From an uncultured Geminicoccaceae bacterium (GTDB lineage Bacteria; Pseudomonadota; Alphaproteobacteria; Geminicoccales; Geminicoccaceae), in the NCBI GenBank assembly GCA_964481035.1, contig CAYZSE010000004.1, forward strand, positions 1-51,297: a stretch of DNA of 51,297 bases, read 5' to 3'. Under the pieces are notes generated by a model. That model ran no database searches. It worked only from the letters and a program-made list of their open reading frames with translations, and was not told where the DNA came from. Positions within the stretch are counted from its first letter, which is position 1, and every line of letters starts with the position of its first letter. The translations under genes and the position numbers were made by a program. Positions 1 to 7,949 of the stretch are shown here, in pieces.

Positions 1-1791
1 CTCGCGCGCGCGCACGCGGACGTAGGTGCCGGGGGCGTCGGTGAGCGGGGGGAGGGCGCCGGCGGCGGGGTCGCGGGCGGGGACCAGGGGGCCGGCGTGG
101 GCGGCGAACCAGTCGCTCCAGTCGGTCCACCACGAGCGCTCGACATACGTGCCCGCGGCCAGCCAGGCGTCGGGGTCGGCATCGGGGCCGTCGACCGGCC
201 CGGTCCAGTGGCCGTACTTGGCGCGCGACGCCGGGTTGACGATGCCGGCGACGTGGCCGGAGGCGCCGAGGACGAAGCGGACCGGGCCCTGGAACTGGCG
301 GGTGACGGGAAAGCACGAGCGCCAGGGGGCGATGTGGTCCTCGCGGGTGGCGAGCGCGTAGGTCGGTGTCGTCACCCGGCGGGTGTCGATCGGCGTGCCG
401 AGCGCGGTGAAGGTGCCGGGCCGGGCGAGGCTGTTGGCGAGGTAGAAGCCGCGCAGGTAGTCCGAGAGCATGGCGGCGGGCAGGCGGGTGGCATCGCCGT
501 TCCAATAGAGGAGATCGAACGGCGCCGCACCACGGCCCAAGAGGTAGTTGTTGACGAAAAACGACCAGATCAGGTCGTTCTCGCGCAGCATGGCGAACAT
601 GTCGGCCATGTAGCGGCCGTCGAGAAAGCCGGTGCGGGCGGTGTGCGCCTCCATCGCCTCGACCTGCGCGGGGTCGACGAAGAGGCCGACCTCGCCGACG
701 TCGGTGAAGTCGAAGAGGGTGGCGAGGAAGGTCGCATGCGCCACGCGGTCGTCGCCCTTCTGCGCGAGGTGGGCGAGCGCGGTGGCGACGAGGATGCCGC
801 CGATGCAAAAGCCCATGAGCCCGATGCGGCGCACGCCGAGCGTCGCCTCGACCGCCGCGATCGCCGCGAGGAGACCGTCGCGCAGATAGTCCTCGAAACG
901 CTTGTGCGCCAAATCCTCGCCGGGGTTGACCCAGGAGATCATGAAGACCGTGCCGCCCTGGTCGACGATGTGCTTGACCAGGCTGTTCTTCGGCTGGAGG
1001 TCGAGGATGTAGTACTTGTTGATCCAGGGCGGGACGACGAGCAGCGGGCAGGCGTGGACCTCGCCGGTGGCGGGCGCGTACTGGATCAGCTCGATCAGCT
1101 CGTTCTTGAACACCACCTTGCCGGGGCTGACCGCGATGTTGCGGCCGAGCTCGAACGCCGTTTCGTCGGTGCGGCGGATGTCGAGGTTGCCGGCGCCGCG
1201 CTCGAGGTCGTCGAGGAACCGCCGCAGCCCGTCGACGAGGCTTTGGCCCTCGGTCTCCCGGGCCCGGCGCAGCACCTCGGGGTTGGTGGCGACGAAGTTG
1301 GTCGGCGCGATCGCGTTCAGATATTGGCGGGTGTAGAAGCGCACCCGCTCGCGGGTCTTGGCATCGAGCGGCTCGGCCCCCTCGACGAGGCCCGAGAGCC
1401 AGCGCTCGTAGAGCAGGTAGCTCTGCTGCAGGTAGGCGAAGGTCGGCTCGTCGCGCCATGCCGCGTCCTTGAAGCGGCGATCGCCGGGCGCGGGTGCGAC
1501 CACCGGCTCGATGCGGCCCCGGCGCGGCGCGTCGAGGGCGTTGTGCCAGAGCGCGTAGCCGTCGCGCAGCGCCGCCGCCTGCGCCTGGGCGAGGCGGCGC
1601 GGATCGCTCCAGAGGCGCCAGCCGAGCTCGGTGAAGCTCTCCTGGACGGCGGCGGGATCGATCAGGCGGAAGTTGGCGTTGGCCAGCTCCTCGAGGCGGG
1701 CGGCGAAGGCCCGGCCGAGGATCGGGCGGGCGCGCTCCGCGAGCGCCAGGAGCTCGCCGCCCCAAGGGTCTGCGTCCTCCGGCACGTCCAC
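1..1791 (-). CDS. phaC: Class I poly(3-hydroxyalkanoate) synthase PhaC. The C-terminal end runs off the left edge of the window.
   Basis: My reverse-strand translation from GTG at 1791 (a second in-frame GTG lies at 1785) reads VDVPEDADPWGG... It continues open to position 1. It contains PPWINKYYILDLQP and the lipase box GFCIGG. GGGAGG lies just upstream. This ORF is absent from the supplied track because it has no stop inside the window. Track ORF 97..1833(+) is its antisense shadow. Confidence 0.9.
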   Translation of the reverse strand, partial: MDVPEDADPWGGELLALAERARPILGRAFAARLEELANANFRLIDPAAVQESFTELGWRLWSDPRRLAQAQAAALRDGYALWHNALDAPRRGRIEPVVAPAPGDRRFKDAAWRDEPTFAYLQQSYLLYERWLSGLVEGAEPLDAKTRERVRFYTRQYLNAIAPTNFVATNPEVLRRARETEGQSLVDGLRRFLDDLERGAGNLDIRRTDETAFELGRNIAVSPGKVVFKNELIELIQYAPATGEVHACPLLVVPPWINKYYILDLQPKNSLVKHIVDQGGTVFMISWVNPGEDLAHKRFEDYLRDGLLAAIAAVEATLGVRRIGLMGFCIGGILVATALAHLAQKGDDRVAHATFLATLFDFTDVGEVGLFVDPAQVEAMEAHTARTGFLDGRYMADMFAMLRENDLIWSFFVNNYLLGRGAAPFDLLYWNGDATRLPAAMLSDYLRGFYLANSLARPGTFTALGTPIDTRRVTTPTYALATREDHIAPWRSCFPVTRQFQGPVRFVLGASGHVAGIVNPASRAKYGHWTGPVDGPDADPDAWLAAGTYVERSWWTDWSDWFAAHAGPLVPARDPAAGALPPLTDAPGTYVRVRARE

Positions 1792-1963
1792 CCTCCCGCC
1801 AGCCCGGCCAGCCAGACCGATACCAAGTCTTAGTCTACACGACGCCGGGCGCGGGCGGGAGGCGGCGAAAGGCGGAGCCTCGCTTCAGGCGCGCGCTTTG
1901 ACGGGCGGCGGTGAACGGGCGTAGCCAGAGGCGTTGACCCGTCGAGCGAGGAGACGAACGCCG

Positions 1964-2647
1964 ATGCGCTACCTGTTCGCCCCGCCCGAGCCCGCCTTCG
2001 TGCCCGTCGTCGGCAGCGACGAGGTCTTTCCGGTGCGGCGCGTCTACTGCGTCGGGCGCAACTACGCGGCGCACAGCGTCGAGATGGGCCACGACCCGGC
2101 GAAGGAGCCGCCGTTCTTCTTCCAGAAGAACCCGGACGACGTCTTTCACGGCCGGCGCTGGCCCTATCCGGGTGCCACCGCGGACGTGCACCACGAGATC
2201 GAGATGGTGGTGGCGCTCGAGCGGGGCGGGACGGACCTCCCGGTCGAGGGGGCGCTGGATTGCGTCTTCGGCTACGGGGTCGGGCTCGACATGACGCGGC
2301 GCGACCTGCAGGGCGAGGCGAAGAGGCTCGGCCGGCCATGGGAAGTCGCCAAGGCCTTCGCGCGGTCGGCGCCGATGGGCGCGCTGACGCCTGTGGCCCG
2401 GATCGGCCACCCGCGGAAGGGTGCGGTGCGCCTCGCGGTCGGCGGCGAGATCCGCCAGCAAGGCGATCTCGACCAGCTCGTCTGGAAGGTGCCCGAGGTG
2501 ATCTCCCACCTGTCGCGCCTGTTCGCGCTGGCGCCGGGCGATCTCGTCATGTCGGGCACGCCCGCGGGCGTCGGCCCGGTGCTGAAGGGCGACGTGCTCG
2601 AGGGCCACGTCGACGGGCTCGAGGATCTCGTCATCGAGGTCGTCTGA
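1964..2647 (+). CDS. Fumarylacetoacetate hydrolase (FAH) family protein
   Basis: Contains VYCVGRNYAAHSVEMG and LVMSGTPAGVGPV, typical of the FAH / 2-keto-4-pentenoate hydratase family. ATG at 1964 is preferred over the upstream TTG at 1934, with GAGGAG 10 nt upstream. Confidence 0.85.
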   Translation: MRYLFAPPEPAFVPVVGSDEVFPVRRVYCVGRNYAAHSVEMGHDPAKEPPFFFQKNPDDVFHGRRWPYPGATADVHHEIEMVVALERGGTDLPVEGALDCVFGYGVGLDMTRRDLQGEAKRLGRPWEVAKAFARSAPMGALTPVARIGHPRKGAVRLAVGGEIRQQGDLDQLVWKVPEVISHLSRLFALAPGDLVMSGTPAGVGPVLKGDVLEGHVDGLEDLVIEVV

Positions 2648-2665
2648 CGGCGGGCGCGCGTCTTT

Positions 2666-2706
2666 TGGAGTGGGCGGGGGAAAGCGCTGGAGTGGGCGGG
2701 GGAAAG
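2666..2706. repeat. Tandem direct repeat: the 19-nt unit TGGAGTGGGCGGGGGAAAG occurs twice with a 22-nt period, inside a run of G3+ tracts.
   Basis: Read directly from the sequence. The units lie at 2666-2684 and 2688-2706, separated by CGC. Further GGGCGGG motifs follow to about 2727. Confidence 0.9.
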
Positions 2707-2722
2707 GGCGGGTGGAACGGGC

Positions 2723-2748
2723 GGGCGCGACCGCATCCGGCCGCGCCC
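2723..2748. terminator. GC-rich hairpin between convergent genes; possible bidirectional terminator.
   Basis: GGGCGCGACCG-catc-CGGCCGCGCCC pairs 10 of 11 positions and is followed by TT on the + strand. It lies between the FAH stop (2647) and the Cache gene stop (2769). There is no long U-tract. Confidence 0.3.
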
Positions 2749-2768
2749 TTGTCGATCCCGTCAGCGTG

Positions 2769-3230
2769 TCAGCGGTAGTAGCCGACGGCGCAGACGTCGT
2801 CGCCGACCATGGTGACGAGGCTCACCTTGTCGGTCGGCTCCTCCTCGCCGGGGCGCGGCCACATGTAGGCGACCTCGACGATCTCCCCCGGCTGCGCCTG
2901 CTCGTACATCGCGGCGCCGAGGGCGGTCCCGGCCTTGTCCTGGAGGTCCTGGAGGCTCTGGCCGACCAGGGCGGCGTTGGCGCCGTGGGCGATGAACATC
3001 CCGGCGGCGTCGCCGCAGAACGGGTAGAGGTCGCGGTCCTTGAAGCGCGGGTCGGCGCCCGAGTTGATCGCCGCCAGCGTGGCCGTGCGGTCGTCCGTCA
3101 TCGCGGCGACGGTGACCTCCAGCATGCCGCGGGCTTCCTCAGGGGTGCCGAAGTCCTGGGCGAGAGCGCTGCCGGCGGCGAGGCCGGCGACGAGTACCGC
3201 CACCGCGACGGTCCGGGTTGTCTTATTCAT
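2769..3230 (-). CDS. Secreted stand-alone single-Cache (sCache_2-like) domain protein
   Basis: Signal peptide MNKTTRTVAVAVLVAGLAAGSALA-QD. Cache-type pattern: DRDLYPFCGD..GMFIAHG..LVGQSLQDLQDKAG...VAYMWPRPG....KVSLV...DDVCAVGYY. GGGAGG RBS upstream of ATG 3230. Confidence 0.7.
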   Translation of the reverse strand: MNKTTRTVAVAVLVAGLAAGSALAQDFGTPEEARGMLEVTVAAMTDDRTATLAAINSGADPRFKDRDLYPFCGDAAGMFIAHGANAALVGQSLQDLQDKAGTALGAAMYEQAQPGEIVEVAYMWPRPGEEEPTDKVSLVTMVGDDVCAVGYYR

Positions 3231-3371
3231 GGCTTTGCCTCCCTTTCAGGCGTTGCGTGACGGCGAGGCGCCACCCTCGCCGCCCCGCAGGCTCGTTCAT
3301 TTAGCAAAAACGTCAACTACCAGAATGCGCGAGAACAAACGTGCTCTGCGCGAGGGCGACCGTTGCCGCCG

Positions 3372-4496
3372 TCAGCCCTGGCTGGGCTCGGCGTACTGGT
3401 AGTCGAGGCCGCGGGCCTTCGAGAACGCCTCCTCGGAGACCTGCGACCAGGCCTGCGCCGTGGCGCGGAACCTCAGCATCGAATCCATGACCTCGCGCGA
3501 CAGGGCGTCGTTCGCGGCGAGGTCGTTCATGACCTCGCCGGCGAGACCGCCGAGGCCGGCCAGAACGTCGTCGGGGAAGGGCTTGAGCTCGACCCCGTGC
3601 TCGCCCACGAGCTTGTTCAGGCTGTCGTTGTTGCGGGCGGTGAACTCGGAGAGCACGAGCTGGTTCACCGAGCGGTTGGCTTGCTCGACGATCGCCTGGA
3701 GGTCGGCGGGCAGGCTGTTCCAGGCGTCGAGGTTGATGAAGTTCTCGAGCACCGTGCCCGGCTCGTGCCAGCCCGGGTAGTAGTAGAACCGGGCCGACTT
3801 GTAGAGGCCGAAGGCGAGGTCGTTGTAGGGGCCGACCCATTCGGTCGCGTCGATCGCGCCCGACTGCAGCGCCGGCGGGATCTCGCCGCCCGGCAGGTTG
3901 ACGACGTTGCCGCCGGCCGCCTTGACCACCTCGCCGCCGAGACCGGGGATGCGCATCTTCAGGCCCTGGTAGTCGGCCATCGAGGTGATCTCTTTGTTGA
4001 ACCAGCCGCCCATCTGGACGCCGGTGTTGCCCGAGGGGAAGAACTTGGTCCCCATCCGGGCGTAGACCTTGTCGGCGAGTTCCTGGCCGCCGCCGTACTG
4101 GTACCAGGCGTTCATCTCCTGGGCGTTCATGCCGAAGGGGATGGCGGCGAGGAACTGCGAGGCGTTCTCCTTGCCCTTCCAGTAATAGGGAGCGCCATGG
4201 CCCATCTCGACGGTGCCGGACGCCACCGCGTCCATGCTCTCGAAGGCGGGCACGATCTCGCCGGCGCCGTAGACGGTGACGGTCAGCCGGCCGTCGGACA
4301 TGGCGCCGATCATCTGGCCGAGGATCTCCGCCCCGGTGCCGAGGCCCGGGAAGTTCTTGGGCCAGGTGGTGACCATCCGCCACTCGCGGCGGTCCTGGGA
4401 GATGGCGGGCTTGGGAAAGCTCGACGCGGTGACGAGCGCGCCGCCCGAGACGGCGGTGCCGGCGGCGAGCGAGGTGATGACGGAACGACGAAGCAT
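3372..4496 (-). CDS. TRAP transporter substrate-binding protein (DctP-type, COG4663-like), orphan
   Basis: Tat-like leader MLRRSVITSLAAGTAVSGGALV. Body shows TRAP solute-receptor similarity (WPKNFPGLGTGAE..., GAPYYWKGK, MRIPGLGGEV, EWVGPYND). ATG at 4496 follows a GGGAGG RBS at 7-nt spacing. The track start at 4568 is probably too long. Confidence 0.85.
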   Translation of the reverse strand: MLRRSVITSLAAGTAVSGGALVTASSFPKPAISQDRREWRMVTTWPKNFPGLGTGAEILGQMIGAMSDGRLTVTVYGAGEIVPAFESMDAVASGTVEMGHGAPYYWKGKENASQFLAAIPFGMNAQEMNAWYQYGGGQELADKVYARMGTKFFPSGNTGVQMGGWFNKEITSMADYQGLKMRIPGLGGEVVKAAGGNVVNLPGGEIPPALQSGAIDATEWVGPYNDLAFGLYKSARFYYYPGWHEPGTVLENFINLDAWNSLPADLQAIVEQANRSVNQLVLSEFTARNNDSLNKLVGEHGVELKPFPDDVLAGLGGLAGEVMNDLAANDALSREVMDSMLRFRATAQAWSQVSEEAFSKARGLDYQYAEPSQG

Positions 4497-4590
4497 CGAC
4501 GACCTCCCTGAAAGGCGAAGCGACATTCGACCTGTTTTCGCGCTCCGGCGCGACGGTCGCATGACCATTAGCCGCGCGGCGGCCTCGGCG

Positions 4591-5343
4591 CTAGGTGTGG
4601 ATGGCGTCGCCGAGGGCGCGCCACGCGGTGCCGTCGAGCACCTCGAGGGGATGGAAGCGCGCCTTGTAGGCCATCTTCTCGGAGCCCTCGACCCAGTAGC
4701 CGAGATAGACGTGATCGAGCCCGCGCCGGCTCGCCTCGGCGACGTGGGCGAGGATGACGAAGGTGCCGAGGCTGCGCTGCCGCGCCTCGGGCGCGAAATA
4801 CTTGTAGACGCCGGAAAGCCCGCTCGCGACCTCGTCGGTGAGGCTCGCCGCGACCAGCGTGCCGGTCGCGTCGCGGAAGGCCAGGAGGCGGGTGGTCACC
4901 GGGCTGCCCTCGAGCATCCGGCGAAAGCTGCCGCGGTCCATGTCGACCATGCCGCCCCCCGCATGACGGTGCTCGATGTAGCGGCGAAAGAGCTGGAAGT
5001 GCTCCTCGCTGAAGGCGGGCGCGCCGATTTCGAGGGTGAGATCGGCATTGCGCTTGAGGATCTTCTTGAGGTTGCGCGACGGGGCGAACCGCGCGACCGG
5101 GATGCGCACCGAGCGGCAGGCGCCGCAGCCCGGGCACACCGGGCGGTAGAGGACGTTCTGGCTGCGGCGGAAGCCGGCCTGCATGAGGGTCTCGTGGCGG
5201 GTGTCGGCGCCCGGGCCGTGCAGGACGGTGAACAGCCGCCGCTCCTCGCGGCCGTCGAGATAGGGGCACGGCTGCAGCTCGGTCGTCGCGAAGGTGGCGA
5301 GCCGGGTGGGCGCGCGGCTGGCGTCGTCGCCGGGAATGCTCAC
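4591..5343 (-). CDS. bpt: Arginyltransferase / aspartate-glutamate leucyltransferase (Bpt, bacterial N-end-rule transferase)
   Basis: Contains QPCPYLDGREERRLF, FRRSQNVLYRPVCPGCGACRSVRI and SGVYKYFAPE...SLGTFVILAHV...YLGYWV. GTG start at 5343 overlaps the upstream gene's TGA (GTGA). The rest of track ORF 4591..7179 is out-of-frame read-through. Confidence 0.88.
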   Translation of the reverse strand: MSIPGDDASRAPTRLATFATTELQPCPYLDGREERRLFTVLHGPGADTRHETLMQAGFRRSQNVLYRPVCPGCGACRSVRIPVARFAPSRNLKKILKRNADLTLEIGAPAFSEEHFQLFRRYIEHRHAGGGMVDMDRGSFRRMLEGSPVTTRLLAFRDATGTLVAASLTDEVASGLSGVYKYFAPEARQRSLGTFVILAHVAEASRRGLDHVYLGYWVEGSEKMAYKARFHPLEVLDGTAWRALGDAIHT

Positions 5344-7226
5344 ATCGTAGTCAGCCACGGCATCACCAAGGAGAAGGTCAACCACAAGACCAATGTGAGC
5401 GGGATGCCGGCCCGTGGGAAGTCCCAGAAGCGATAGTTGCCGGGCGCCATCACCAGCAGGTTGGTCTGGTAGCCGAACGGTGTCGCGAACGAGCAGTTGG
5501 CGGCGAAGGCCACCGCCAGCGCGAAGGGCAGCGCCGGCGCGTCGAGCTGCTGCGCGAGGCTCACCGCGATCGGCGTGAAGAGCACCGCGCACGCGTTGTT
5601 GCTCAAGACGTTGGTGAGCAGGGCCACGGCGAGGAACAGGGTCGAGAGCGCGACCGCCGGCGCCCCCTCGCCGGCCAGCATGGCGAGCCCCGAAGCGACG
5701 AGCGCGGCGCCTCCCGTCGCTTCCAAGGCGGTGCCGAGCGCGATCGCGGCGGCGATGGTCAGGTAGACGCCGCCGTCGAGGGCGCGCGCCGCCTGGCGGA
5801 GGTTGACGCAGCCCGCGGCGACCAGGGCCGTGACGCCGGCGAGCGCGGTGATGACGATCGGCAAGAGGCCGAGCGCCGGCGGCAGCAGGATACCGATGAA
5901 GATGGCGAACGCCGCCGGCACCCGATCGCGCCGTTGCAGGTTGTCGGTCGAGCCGCCGAGCAGGACCACGTCGGGATCGGCGCTCAACAGCGCGAGCGCG
6001 TCGCGCGGGCCCTGGACCAGGAGCACGTCGCCGGCATCGAGGCGGATCGTCGCCAGCCGGGCGCGGAGCATGCGCGCGCGGCGCTGCACGCCGACGACGC
6101 GAACCCCGCTGCGGGCCTCGAAGCCGGTGAGCTCGAGCGTGAGGCCGACGAGACGGGACGCCGGGCGGACCATGACCTCGCTGAGGACGAGCTCCGACGG
6201 CCGGCGCTCGCCCTCCGCCGCCGGCGTCGCCGACCGCGCGCGCGGCTCCGACGAGAGGACCTCGCTCAGCGTGCGCCGCGTGGCGGCGACGATGAGGACA
6301 TCGTCGACCTCGAGCTTGGTGCCGTCGAAGGGTGGCAGGAGCAAGCGGCCGCCGCGCTCGATGCCGCGCAGCGTGAGGTGGCGCAGTGCCGGAAAGAAGC
6401 CGCTGAAGCTCTGAGCGCCGACCAGCGGGCTCTTCGCGGTCAGGCGGAACTCGGCGATGAACTGGCGGCCCGCGCCGGGCGTCGCCTCGCGCTGCAGCCC
6501 GCGCTCGGCGCCGCCGCCACGCCACATCCAGAGCGCGATGTAGACGCCGCCCGCGGCAGCTAGGCACAGCCCCGGTAGCGTGAGGTCGAAAAAGCCGAGC
6601 GAGCCCGCGCCCACCCGCTGCATCTCGGCGGCGACCAGCAGGTTCGACGACGACCCCACCAGCGTCAGCATCCCGCCGAGCATCGCCGCGTAGCTCAACG
6701 GGATCATCAGCCGGCCGGTGCTGATTGACAGCTGGTCGGCGAGGGCGCGCATGATCGGGATGAAGATCACGACCACCGGGGTGTTGTTGAGAAAGGCGCT
6801 CGCGACGATGACCACGAGGAGAGCCGCGGCCAGCGTGCGGACGGGCGCTTCGCCGGCGGCCTCCAGCAGCGGCCGCGCGACGACCTCGATCGCGCCGGTG
6901 AGAACCATGGCTTGACCGACCACGAGCAGCGCCATCACCGTGATCAACGCCGGATTGGCGAAGCCGGCGAGCAGTTCGCCGGGTCCGAGGCGGCCCGCGG
7001 GGGTCTCCAGCGGGACGATCTCGAACAAGAGGAGAAGCGCGGTCAACGTGCCCAGCGCCGTCAGCTCGGGCCGCCATCGCTCGGCGGCAAAAGCGACGAG
7101 GGCGCCGACGACGACGCCAAAGACGGCGAGGAGATGCAGGGAGGGAACGACCAAGGGGTAACTCGCGCTGTTGCGCCACCCCACGGCCGAACCCCGGGCC
7201 GGCGCAGGCGCGCGACCAGGACTCAT
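5340..7226 (-). CDS. SLC13/DASS-type anion transporter (CitT/ArsB superfamily) with a central pair of TrkA-C-like domains
   Basis: Many hydrophobic helices at both ends (FLNNTPVVVIFIPI, LLTNVLSNNACAVLFTPI, FATPFGYQTNLLV). A central soluble segment resembles duplicated TrkA-C. ATG at 7226 is preferred over TTG at 7250. Confidence 0.8.
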   Translation of the reverse strand: MSPGRAPAPARGSAVGWRNSASYPLVVPSLHLLAVFGVVVGALVAFAAERWRPELTALGTLTALLLLFEIVPLETPAGRLGPGELLAGFANPALITVMALLVVGQAMVLTGAIEVVARPLLEAAGEAPVRTLAAALLVVIVASAFLNNTPVVVIFIPIMRALADQLSISTGRLMIPLSYAAMLGGMLTLVGSSSNLLVAAEMQRVGAGSLGFFDLTLPGLCLAAAGGVYIALWMWRGGGAERGLQREATPGAGRQFIAEFRLTAKSPLVGAQSFSGFFPALRHLTLRGIERGGRLLLPPFDGTKLEVDDVLIVAATRRTLSEVLSSEPRARSATPAAEGERRPSELVLSEVMVRPASRLVGLTLELTGFEARSGVRVVGVQRRARMLRARLATIRLDAGDVLLVQGPRDALALLSADPDVVLLGGSTDNLQRRDRVPAAFAIFIGILLPPALGLLPIVITALAGVTALVAAGCVNLRQAARALDGGVYLTIAAAIALGTALEATGGAALVASGLAMLAGEGAPAVALSTLFLAVALLTNVLSNNACAVLFTPIAVSLAQQLDAPALPFALAVAFAANCSFATPFGYQTNLLVMAPGNYRFWDFPRAGIPLTLVLWLTFSLVMPWLTTM

Positions 7227-7271
7227 GGCAAAGGGCCCGTCCCCTGGCAAGCGCGGCGAGCGTTCGCGAGG

Positions 7272-7724
7272 TCAGCCGACCCGGCGGAGCTCCTCGGGCT
7301 CGAAGCGGCGAAGCTCGCGGACGACGCGATCGAGGAGCGCTAGAGCCTGCGCTTCACCGGCGTCGTAGAAGAGGTCGTTCGGATCGGTCGCCGTGACCCG
7401 GCGCAATCTCGCCACCCCGACCTCGGCGAGCGCCTGCAGGCTGGCCAAGGTATCGACCGGCTGCCGCATGAGCTCCTCTTCGAGCTTGTCGATCTTCGCG
7501 TCGATCCGGCGCCTCTCCGCCTCGATGTCCTCTGGTCCCCTCGTGGCGGTTTCCGCGTTGAACGTCGCGATGTCGGCCCGCGTCATGCCGACCTGCACCA
7601 GCGCTTCCGTCGCCCAGTCGGGTAGCGACCCTCGGCCGCCGCGTGTTGCGGCGAGCGCCTCGCGCCGCGCCCGCAACGCCTCGATGCGCCGTTCGACCAG
7701 ACGCGCGTTCTCGATCACGACCAT
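7272..7724 (-). CDS. Hypothetical protein (150 aa, helical/charged, no recognised family)
   Basis: ORF with high GC3. ATG at 7724 is preceded by a GAGGAGGAA RBS. The longer GTG start at 7757 is less likely. Confidence 0.55.
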   Translation of the reverse strand: MVVIENARLVERRIEALRARREALAATRGGRGSLPDWATEALVQVGMTRADIATFNAETATRGPEDIEAERRRIDAKIDKLEEELMRQPVDTLASLQALAEVGVARLRRVTATDPNDLFYDAGEAQALALLDRVVRELRRFEPEELRRVG

Positions 7725-7780
7725 CCCCCGTTCCTCCTCGTGTCGCCCGCGACCCACCGTGCTCGGCCACTACGTCTCAG

Positions 7781-7900
7781 CTATGTAAATATCATCAGCG
7801 TTTCGATTTATGAGGTTGAGCAAAATGCCAAGTCAATATCCAAAAATATCGAGAGATTTTCTCATTTTTATTTAGAACACCGGTAAAATTTTAGCGTTTT
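7781..7900. other. AT-rich island (about 31% G+C by hand count) in a divergent intergenic region
   Basis: I counted 37 G+C in 120 nt, while the flanks are far more GC-rich. AATATC occurs three times (7788, 7835, 7845). A 21-codon AT-rich ORF lies at 7810-7875. Confidence 0.85.
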
Positions 7901-7949
7901 GCCAACGGCTGCGGCTGATGCTACCTCGGTCATGTGACGAGACGAGGAG

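Noticed and set aside
97-1833. 578-aa + strand ORF covering the left end of the window
   Set aside because: Its composition is Gly/Arg/Ala/Glu/Asp/Val-rich with no recognisable family. The opposite strand reads as an unmistakable PhaC synthase in the frame that shares third-codon positions. It is a classic high-GC antisense shadow ORF.
2666-2706. Direct repeats as a CRISPR array
   Set aside because: There are only two 19-nt copies separated by 3 nt, with no spacers and no cas genes. It is not a CRISPR.
3313-4511. ORFs 3313..4383(-) and 3363..4511(+) overlapping the TRAP binding-protein gene
   Set aside because: They are alternative-frame or antisense ORFs with Arg/Gly/Pro-rich products. Frame 3372..4496(-) has a Tat leader, an RBS and family similarity.
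5344-7179. Upstream 600 aa of track ORF 4591..7179(-)
   Set aside because: It is out of frame with the real SLC13 transporter occupying the same DNA. The Bpt similarity starts only at the GTG at 5343.
7781-7900. AT-rich island as a chromosomal replication origin
   Set aside because: There is only one weak DnaA-box-like site (ATATCCAAA, 7 of 9 matches) and no box cluster. There are no hemE, dnaA, parAB or gidAB neighbours and no CtrA TTAA-N7-TTAA sites. I kept it as a compositional anomaly only.
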